From Treponema sp. (GTDB taxonomy: Bacteria; Spirochaetota; Spirochaetia; Treponematales; Breznakiellaceae): a stretch of DNA of 64,000 nucleotides. Location: positions 225 to 64,224 of the forward strand of contig WQUW01000001.1 of assembly GCA_009781915.1 (NCBI GenBank), in the 5' to 3' direction. Within the stretch, counting starts at the first letter, position 1; every line of letters starts with the position of its first letter. A program made the translations under genes and the position numbers. Below the pieces are notes generated by a model that worked only from the letters and a program-made list of their open reading frames with translations, was not told where the DNA came from and made no database searches. Of the stretch, positions 33,815-40,943 are shown piece by piece.

Positions 33815-35131
33815 TTATAGTGTCAACCATTTTTGAGTAGTGCGCAAGATGCTTTCGTGGTGAATTCTTAAGTTTTCTTCATGGCGGGGATCGACAAAAA
33901 CCCGGATGATCCGCAATGACTTGACAAAGGCGTCCAGAGCGCTGCCCCCGAACACGCTTGATCCGGCGGAGAACTCACGAGCCTCGTCAGTAACAAAAAG
34001 GCCGCTTTCAAAAGAAACAGGTTCCGGCAAATCGATGATAAGCCCGTTTCCTTCAAGGCTCCTGCCCAGAATGGGGGAAAGCTCCGCCGCAAGTTCTTCT
34101 TCAAGCTGCGATCTCTTGTCAAATTCAAGCAGTTTCCCGTGGGCGGTCTGTTCAAAGGGGATTTCCACGGCGGCGGCGAAGAGTTTGCCGCTTTCGACAG
34201 ACTCTGCCAAGCCAAAAAGGGGGCAATCCCTCTGCCGTACAAGGGCGAAAAGGCCCTGATCGTCCAGGCCGTAAAGCTCCTGTGCCGCGATAGCCCGTGA
34301 CTGAAGCCCCCCCGCCAGCGCCTTTTTTATCATCGCGGTGGCGGAACGCACGGACTTGTGCCAGTACACGGCCCGGTACATAAGGTACTTTGAAAACAAC
34401 AGGGATTCCACGGCGGGGATGCCCCTGGAATCAATGTCTACCCCCCGCTTCTGGTGCGGATGCAGCCGGGAAAGGATAAAATCGACATCCTGAGCGCCGT
34501 AAGGAACGCCGCAGCAGCGCCCGTCCCGGCTTAGGTAATCGAGCTTGTCCGGGTCAAGGGCCCCGGAAAGCAGGCGCCGGTAAAACGCGAGTTCCCCGTC
34601 CGCCTCGCCTGAGCCGTGGCCTGCGGTATTCACAATGGCGGCGGCGAGGCAGGGGTCTGCTCCGGCGGCGGCGACAAGGCTCTTTACCGGCTCGCTAGAG
34701 ATAAGGTTTCCGGTAAGGGCTTCGTGTTCCGCGAGGGGCAATTCTTTAAGGGAATGGGCGTAGGGGAAATGCCCTAGGTCGTGAAGCAGGGCGGCGCAAA
34801 GAAAAGAATGTACCCCCCCGGCGGTAAGCCACGAGTCCGCCCCCTCCCCGGCAAGATGGATAAGAAGCCGCCTGGCAAGGTGGTATACCCCGATGGAGTG
34901 GCTGGCCCGTGTGTGGGAGGCTCCGGGGTATACCCTGAACGCCGGCCCAAGCTGCATGATCCGGTGAAGCCGCATAAAAGGGGGGGATTCGGTAAGGGCG
35001 GCGAGGGCGGGCGTAAGGTAAATGTGCCCCCAAAGCATATCCCGTATGGGTTCTGTGTAGCCTTCAAAGAGGGCGGATTGGACATCTTCCTTCATGCTGG
35101 TTATGATACCGGGAAACGGGCGGAACGCCAA
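33815..35131 (-). CDS. HD-domain phosphohydrolase of the SAMHD1/dGTPase-like (dNTP triphosphohydrolase) type
   Basis: RLHRIMQLG...ASHTRASHSIGVYHLARRL, LLHDLGHFPYAH and DKLDYLSRDGRCCGVPYG motifs. The start is uncertain: TTG 35131 or ATG 35095. Confidence 0.75.
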   Translation of the reverse strand: MAFRPFPGIITSMKEDVQSALFEGYTEPIRDMLWGHIYLTPALAALTESPPFMRLHRIMQLGPAFRVYPGASHTRASHSIGVYHLARRLLIHLAGEGADSWLTAGGVHSFLCAALLHDLGHFPYAHSLKELPLAEHEALTGNLISSEPVKSLVAAAGADPCLAAAIVNTAGHGSGEADGELAFYRRLLSGALDPDKLDYLSRDGRCCGVPYGAQDVDFILSRLHPHQKRGVDIDSRGIPAVESLLFSKYLMYRAVYWHKSVRSATAMIKKALAGGLQSRAIAAQELYGLDDQGLFALVRQRDCPLFGLAESVESGKLFAAAVEIPFEQTAHGKLLEFDKRSQLEEELAAELSPILGRSLEGNGLIIDLPEPVSFESGLFVTDEAREFSAGSSVFGGSALDAFVKSLRIIRVFVDPRHEENLRIHHESILRTTQKWLTL

Positions 35132-35138
35132 GCTTCCG

Positions 35139-35440
35139 CCCCCCGCCGTGAGTGAGCATTTCCGCCAAAAGCCCCGGCAGGGGAGGATATACGGTTTAAG
35201 AATCCCGCCCAGGGAACACGGCTAAGGAGCCACGGTCTCCTTCGCGGAGAATCCATGCAAATGGCTTCTTAAACCGTATGTCCTCCCCTGCCGGGCATTG
35301 TACCGCTGGCTCACGCGCGGCGGGGGCATTACTGGGGGGCTCCGCAGACGCATTTCCCCAAAAGCGCCCTCGCCATGCCGCCAAACCCACGGCGTTTAAC
35401 TCCGGCATTTCCTCCAAAGACCCCACGCCTCATTAGGCCT
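35139..35440. repeat. Long palindromic repeat element, copy 2 (core 35139-35326) plus an about 110-bp tail module
   Basis: The arms (...GCCCCGGCAGGGGAGGATATACGGTTTAAGAA / TTCTTAAACCGTATGTCCTCCCCTGCCGGGC...) and centre are homologous to copy 1 in the opposite orientation. The tail (GGGGGCATTACTGGGGGGCTCCGCAGACGCATTTCCCCAAAAGCGCC...) recurs at 1552-1592 (reverse complement) and 36416-36460. Confidence 0.9.
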
Positions 35441-35610
35441 TCGTTGAAGGTATCCCAACTTCAAATCCAAAGGAGGAAAAAGCAACTTAATTTCGGTTTC
35501 ATTCGTGGGCGACTGTCAGCTAATAACTATGTTTGTACAGTTAGCCCTCACAAACGTCATATACCTTAAACGTTAGACGAAGTACCAATACTTTATCTAA
35601 AAAGCTCTTC

Positions 35611-36047
35611 CTAATCCAAACATTTCTTAATATTATTTTCAGAATAAATATTTACTATTGTTAACTTTTTATCAATAACTTGTCCATCCGCCATATCTTC
35701 TGTAATTAGATATTCACAATTTGAATTTAAAGCCATGGTAATTATTAGACAATCATAATAATTATATCCATACTGTTTGTGTATTCTGAGAGCTTGTTTT
35801 TTATTATCATTGTCAATTAATGAAACAATACTATTTTCAATTATTTCATTTAGCGCTAATTCTACTTCTTCTGGAGATTTATTGAATTTTTTTAAACAAA
35901 TATTACTAAATTCATTTAATACTTGCGTACTAATTATACAATCATATTTTTTAACCGTTTTCTGTGAAATTATTTTCTTCTGTAGTTCATCATATTTGAA
36001 TATAAATAGATAAATATATTGGTATCAATAAACGCTTTAGCGCTCAT
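35611..36047 (-). pseudogene. PIN-domain (VapC-like) toxin gene disrupted by a frameshift
   Basis: ATG 36047 gives MSAKAFIDTNIFIYLYSN, then a stop at 35970-35972. The rest of the PIN domain (YDELQKKIISQKTVKKYDCIISTQVLNEFSNICLKKF...YYDCLIITMALNSNCEYLITEDMADGQVI...) continues in the -1 frame to the stop at 35611-35613. The 437-nt length is not a multiple of 3. Confidence 0.75.
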
Positions 36048-36243
36048 TTGCTTCATCTCTATTGAATTTAAACCCTTTTGTTTCCAAACTTATTGCGGAA
36101 AAATGTTTATTTTTATTGTTTGGGACTTTTTCATTTGTAAGAATGATTACTTTCACAGGTGAAGAAATATTTGTCAAATACTGTTGAGGAATATGTATTA
36201 TTCCTTCGTTTCCAACAACAGAATTAAATTCATACGCTTGCAT
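36037..36243 (-). CDS. Putative VapB-type antitoxin (AbrB/SpoVT-like)
   Basis: 68 aa from ATG 36243 (RBS AGGGGT). The GIIHIPQQYL...VKVIIL pattern and C-terminal KGFKFNRDEANER are typical of small antitoxins. It overlaps the vapC-like ATG by 11 nt. Confidence 0.55.
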   Translation of the reverse strand: MQAYEFNSVVGNEGIIHIPQQYLTNISSPVKVIILTNEKVPNNKNKHFSAISLETKGFKFNRDEANER

Positions 36244-36375
36244 TCTAAAACCCCTATAGTTATCATACATTACTTTTTAATACCTTGCAATTCAATTTTA
36301 TCAATTATTATGTATACTTTTTCATACGCTTTTTCAAAATTCATTGGTATATCGTCTACCTTGTCTACGGTCTCG

Positions 36376-36478
36376 CCCCCCCGCCGCGCGTGAGCCAGCG
36401 GTACAATGCTCGGCAGGGGGCATTGCTGGGGGCTCCGCAGACGCATTTCTCCAAAAGCCCCCACGGCATTTAGCCCCA
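36376..36478. repeat. Rearranged module of the palindromic repeat family (outer-arm segment plus tail segment)
   Basis: Bases 36376-36414 are the reverse complement of 35291-35326 (...GCATTGTACCGCTGGCTCACGCGCGGCGGGGG). Bases 36416-36460 repeat 35322-35369 in direct orientation. Confidence 0.85.
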
Positions 36479-36518
36479 TGTGTTTGTTATTCCCGGCAAG
36501 GCGGCTTATACTTGTATC

Positions 36519-37409
36519 ATGTCAAAAACCGCAAGGCCGGAAAAACCGGACACATCCCCGAAAGAAGGACATATCGCGTGGCATCCGGCCTTCTTCGAAG
36601 CGATCCAGATGGAGTTCAATGAATACCGCAACACCCTCCAGTTCTTATCAGAACACCAGCTTACCAAGGAGCCACTGCGGATTGACGTTGTAGTCATAAA
36701 AAAGGCCGCGGATGTCGAAATCAAGAAAAGTATTGGCGCGATTTTCCGGGGAGTGAACATACTGGAGTACAAAAGCCCCGACGACTATGTCTCTGTCGAG
36801 GACTTCTACCTTGTTTACAGCTACGCCTGCCTGTACGTGTCGCTGTACAAAACGGACATAGACGACCTGACGCTGACCTTTGTGGAAAGCCGCCGCCCTG
36901 AAAAGCTCATTGAGCATTTGACGAAAAAACGGAATTTCACGGTTGAAAAAAACGGGCACGGAATATATATTGTAAAGGGCGATGTACTACCCATCCAGAT
37001 AATCAACAACCGGGAGCTTTCCACGGAGGAAAGCGTCTGGCTGAAAGACTTGGACAACCAGCTTGATGCCCGGCGGGTACGGCGGATTACGGACAAGATA
37101 GCGGGGCTGGGCAAGGATGCTCAGATATGGGCGTATCTTGACGTGATAGCGCGGGCGAACGAAGAAGCGTTACAGGAGGCATACGAGATGAGCGATACGG
37201 CGATAGCGTCATTGCAACGAACATTTGAAAGAATCGGCTTTTCGACAGAATGGGAAGTCAGGGGCGAAGCCAGAGGCATGGCCCGTGGCGGGGAAGAAAA
37301 AGCCCTCGAAATTGCCGGAAATATGCTTAAAAGCGGCTTCTCCGTGGAGCAGACCGCCGCCCTGTCCGGGCTGGACGTGGAAAAAGTAACAGCCCTGTCC
37401 AGCATTTAG
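36519..37409 (+). CDS. Rpn-family recombination-promoting nuclease / putative transposase (PD-(D/E)XK, YhgA-like)
   Basis: HPAFFEAIQMEF...LRIDVVVIKK...NILEYKSPDD...LVYSYACLY matches the Rpn/Transposase_31 N-terminal nuclease core. The C-terminal helical region is typical of the family. Confidence 0.8.
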   Translation: MSKTARPEKPDTSPKEGHIAWHPAFFEAIQMEFNEYRNTLQFLSEHQLTKEPLRIDVVVIKKAADVEIKKSIGAIFRGVNILEYKSPDDYVSVEDFYLVYSYACLYVSLYKTDIDDLTLTFVESRRPEKLIEHLTKKRNFTVEKNGHGIYIVKGDVLPIQIINNRELSTEESVWLKDLDNQLDARRVRRITDKIAGLGKDAQIWAYLDVIARANEEALQEAYEMSDTAIASLQRTFERIGFSTEWEVRGEARGMARGGEEKALEIAGNMLKSGFSVEQTAALSGLDVEKVTALSSI

Positions 37410-37475
37410 CCCCCGGCATTCGACCACGAGCATTTAACTACGGCATTTCCCCCAAAGCGCCATCGCCGTTACGGC

Positions 37476-37511
37476 AAAAAAAACCTTGCAAGGCGGCAAA
37501 ACCTTGCAAGG
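37476..37511 (-). terminator. Intrinsic terminator for the minus-strand lipoprotein gene
   Basis: On the minus strand CCTTGCAAGG (37502-37511) pairs with CCTTGCAAGG (37484-37493) across an 8-nt loop, followed by a U8 run (A8 at 37476-37483 on the plus strand). Confidence 0.65.
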
Positions 37512-37604
37512 GTACGATGGTTAGCCCATCCGCCGGATTAGAAAATACCCCAGTTCAGAGCGTTTTCCCCAACACCGGGCTTGCCGTGAAGGGACTGCCG
37601 CCTG

Positions 37605-39293
37605 TTAAGGGGCAGGGGCGACAGTAGTAATTGTAAAAACAAACGGCCCCCATTCTTGCTGTGTTACTGGGTTTACAACGATTGCCCGTACTCCGAAACT
37701 GGTAAAATCTGCAATACCCTGTTCCAAAATAAAAGTACCGTCCGGTACTGGAACCCACACAGCGCTACCGCCCTCTTGAAATCTAACCTGGCGTTCCCAA
37801 TGTATAACCGCGCCTGCCCCACCGGAGCCGACAGGATGTGGAGTATGGGCGTTAAGATTAATCAGAGCAGCGCGATCAGGCATGTTGGTGCCGGGGCCGG
37901 GCTGACCAGCTGCGGTTCCGTCCGGAACAGGAACAGTTATACCGCCACCAGCTTGCCAATTAATATTGGTAACGTTAGTAATAGGCGTCACAGCAACCGG
38001 AATAATATTACCGTTTCGGAGCACAATAAAGTCGGTCCATTCCGGAGGAGCAGGAGCGGGGGTATGGTGGCCGTAAATGGTTGTGTCAAAGGTTACCCCT
38101 TCTGCCCACCACAAAGCGTTTCTGATAATTCCCCTAACCTGGAACGCAGTAGCGGGAGGAGGCGGGACAGCCCAACCAGCGGGAGGAGCGGGCAAAAACG
38201 CTCCGGCACCGCTGCCAACTAGGCTGCGGAAAGACCACTCTATGGCTTGGTTGGACGCTTGCGCCGGAACAACAGTAGTGCCTGGCGTTATTACAGTGCC
38301 GACGGCTTGCGCAACTGCCGGCACCCCAATCTGTTGACCAGCGACAGCTCCGGTAAAGGAGGTAACTTGCACAAACGGGGTTCCAAGGTTTACATTGATA
38401 AACATACTAGCAAGTCGTGTATCACCCGGACCATCGGCATGGGGGATAACCGCGCGGACATAGTACTGTCCCATAAAACTTGGCATAAATACCCCGTTTA
38501 CAGACGGAATTACAACATAAGGGGGCGCGATTTCGGGAAAGGCGGCGCCGCCAAAAGGAAGAAACGCGCGGACTTCCCAGCGTATGGCCTGAAGGGTCGC
38601 GTCATCATCATGAAAAGATGTAGTGGCAAAGGTATTCAGGTTAATCGCGGTTCCCGCGGTGCCAACGGCAGGGCTTGCTGCGATCGTAAAAACGCCGCCA
38701 TGAGGCGTAAAAGGCCTGAATGTCATATTTCCAGACGCCCATACAACCGGGGAGTGAGTGTACTCCACAAGACCTTGGTCAAAAACGCCTACTGTCCTGA
38801 CTCCAATGTTAAAATTCGCCTGGGGTCTGACATCGTTATCATAAAAAAGAGGAACAACAGCAGAAACCCTGTCTCTGTTCGGAGCGGGCGTCTGGACAAG
38901 GCTGGAATCAGCGTTCCAGCCTGTCAACAATATTGTGTGGGCCATGGGCGGCGCTCCGCCAGGCCCGTCAAGGAACCTAGGCTGATCCAGCGGGTTAAAG
39001 AAAGGCATTATATGAACAGGCTGGAGCGGCTCCATTGTCTGTGTTCCGGCCTGCCTTTTGAAAATCTCGTGCTCATCCCTGTGGTTCGCCCCAACAGTCC
39101 ACGACACTATTGCCCAGTTCTGACAGGGCGATACTATTGACGTTACATTCCCCGGCGCTCCCGGCCTTTGGACGCGGTTGCCAAAGTCGTCAGGGAAGTC
39201 AAAATCGCCACCACAAGCGACGAACGCGAAGCCAACTACGGCCACAATCGCCAAGATTTTTACATAGGTACTTTTTCGATTCGTAGAAACCAT
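37605..39293 (-). CDS. Large hypothetical surface lipoprotein (possible Ig/FN3-like repeats)
   Basis: I chose ATG 39293 (RBS GGGAGA). Leader MVSTNRKSTYVKILAIVAVVGFAFVACGG with a lipobox. The Pro/Gly/Thr/Val-rich beta-type sequence matches no family I recognise. Confidence 0.6.
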   Translation of the reverse strand: MVSTNRKSTYVKILAIVAVVGFAFVACGGDFDFPDDFGNRVQRPGAPGNVTSIVSPCQNWAIVSWTVGANHRDEHEIFKRQAGTQTMEPLQPVHIMPFFNPLDQPRFLDGPGGAPPMAHTILLTGWNADSSLVQTPAPNRDRVSAVVPLFYDNDVRPQANFNIGVRTVGVFDQGLVEYTHSPVVWASGNMTFRPFTPHGGVFTIAASPAVGTAGTAINLNTFATTSFHDDDATLQAIRWEVRAFLPFGGAAFPEIAPPYVVIPSVNGVFMPSFMGQYYVRAVIPHADGPGDTRLASMFINVNLGTPFVQVTSFTGAVAGQQIGVPAVAQAVGTVITPGTTVVPAQASNQAIEWSFRSLVGSGAGAFLPAPPAGWAVPPPPATAFQVRGIIRNALWWAEGVTFDTTIYGHHTPAPAPPEWTDFIVLRNGNIIPVAVTPITNVTNINWQAGGGITVPVPDGTAAGQPGPGTNMPDRAALINLNAHTPHPVGSGGAGAVIHWERQVRFQEGGSAVWVPVPDGTFILEQGIADFTSFGVRAIVVNPVTQQEWGPFVFTITTVAPAP

Positions 39294-39561
39294 ACAAAAT
39301 CTCCCTCTAGAAAAAAGCGAGGCCCTATCGTTGAAACGCAACAAGCAACGCTTGCTGATCGTATATCCGGCTTTTCGCCCTAAATTCCGATCTGGCTCCA
39401 ATCCTGTAACCTTTACACTTCTGCGCGAGTATAGCACATCTTGACCTGCAAGATCAAGTACCATTAGCCTTTTTGTTCAAGTTTTTTGTCTTTTTTTATC
39501 TTTTTTCCCCCCAAATTACAGGGCTTGCAAGTCAAAATTCCGCATAAACTTGCGTGATCCG

Positions 39562-39757
39562 CCCCGCCGCGCGTGAGCGTGAGTATTCCCGCCAAAAGCT
39601 CCGGCATGGGAGGATATACGGTTTAAGAAGCCGCCTAGGGAACCCGCTCCGGAGCCACGGTCTCCTACGCTAAAGAGCCTAGGCAAATGGCTTCTTAAAC
39701 CGTATATCCTCCCCTGCCGGGGCGTAGCGGGAATGCATGGCTCACGCGCGGCGGGGG
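39562..39757. repeat. Long palindromic repeat element, copy 3
   Basis: CCCCGCCGCGCGTGAGC...GGAGGATATACGGTTTAAGAA, centre, TTCTTAAACCGTATATCCTCCCCTGCCGGGG...GCTCACGCGCGGCGGGG. The centre has the same orientation as copy 2. Confidence 0.9.
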
Positions 39758-40756
39758 GCGGGCAACACGGAAGCCGAGGTCGCCGTAGCGGCCAGCCGGA
39801 TCGCCGCCGCCCCGGACGACGGAACGGACGCCGTAAACCGAATTGCCCCAGCCCCCGCCGCGCCTTATGCGGAGAGACCCCGATGGCGCGCCGGAGGGAT
39901 CCGTCTTACCCGCGGCGGTATACGGCCCGTGCCAGTCCCACACCCATTCCCATACATTCCCGCTGAAGTCATGTATCCCAAGCTGGTTAGCCTGTAAACC
40001 GCCAACTTCTCGTGTCCGGTCCCCGCTATTACCAAGATGCCACGCTACAGCGTTAATATCATTGCTTCCGGAAAACGTGTACGCACCGCTAAGCGGCCCG
40101 CCCTTTGCGGCAAACTCCCATTGCGCTTCCGTAGGCAAGCGGTATCCGGTAGAGCCGGAAACTGTCCGTACAGCGTTCCATCTAGCTTGCTGGGGAGTTC
40201 CCAAATTAGGCACAACGCCCCACGTATCCGGGTTAGTAGACCACGACGTGGGGTTAGGCCACTGATTGGGCAATTTATACGCCGGGGTTAAACCCTTAAG
40301 GATGCTCAAACGGTTACTGAACACGATTGCCTCGTACCAGTTTACACCCTCGACAGGCAGGTTGTTCCGGTTAAGAGACGGCGTAACGGTAGTACCGCCG
40401 GAATTGTTCGTCCCCGTGAATAAACTCGGCCACGTGCCCATTACCGCGTACCACTGCCCCTGCGTTACAGGGAAGCGACCAATGTAAAATCCGCTCATCG
40501 TTACATGGGATATGGGGGTTACGTTGCCAAAGCCCGCAGTCCCCTCCTCCCGGCCAAGGCAAAAAACGCCGCTACCTACCCGCACCATTTCAACGGGGGG
40601 CGGGGACAGATCGCGCCAGTTGCTACCGCCATTGCCGCTTGTGGGGCCGCCCGTGTCACAGCCCGGCAGGGAAAACCCGGTTATCGCGGCAAGGGCAATA
40701 ACGCTTAAAATTCTGACACCATTCTTTATATCTATCGAGAAGCTCGCTGTAGCCAT
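39695..40756 (-). CDS. Formylglycine-generating-enzyme (SUMF1/FGE-sulfatase) domain lipoprotein
   Basis: Lipobox LPGC. GVNWYEAIVFSNRLS, GYRLPTEAQWEFAAKGG, NVWEWVWDW, RGGGW and GFRVARP motifs. The last about 22 aa are encoded by repeat copy 3. Confidence 0.85.
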   Translation of the reverse strand: MATASFSIDIKNGVRILSVIALAAITGFSLPGCDTGGPTSGNGGSNWRDLSPPPVEMVRVGSGVFCLGREEGTAGFGNVTPISHVTMSGFYIGRFPVTQGQWYAVMGTWPSLFTGTNNSGGTTVTPSLNRNNLPVEGVNWYEAIVFSNRLSILKGLTPAYKLPNQWPNPTSWSTNPDTWGVVPNLGTPQQARWNAVRTVSGSTGYRLPTEAQWEFAAKGGPLSGAYTFSGSNDINAVAWHLGNSGDRTREVGGLQANQLGIHDFSGNVWEWVWDWHGPYTAAGKTDPSGAPSGSLRIRRGGGWGNSVYGVRSVVRGGGDPAGRYGDLGFRVARPPPRVSHAFPLRPGRGGYTV

Positions 40757-40943
40757 TGGTTGTATCTTGGCGCTGTTGCCAATAGCATGTCAAGGCCCTG
40801 CGGGGGTTGGCTCTTTCAAGGGCGGACGGACAAACCACCGTAACGGAGCATTGACAAGATAGCGCAATATGTGAGTTGATACTAGGTGAGTGTCCGGCTT
40901 CGCGATAGGCCCGGCAAGCAATCTTGATAGTTTGGAGCATTGT

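Noticed and set aside
35777-36013. 78-aa plus-strand ORF in the AT-rich islet
   Set aside because: It is antisense to the PIN-domain reading frames. Its translation is low-complexity Ile/Leu/Phe/Ser due to AT-richness.
38247-39140. 297-aa ORF (and 37656-38222) on the plus strand
   Set aside because: It is antisense to the lipoprotein gene, which has a proper leader, lipobox and RBS, and it has a basic low-complexity translation.
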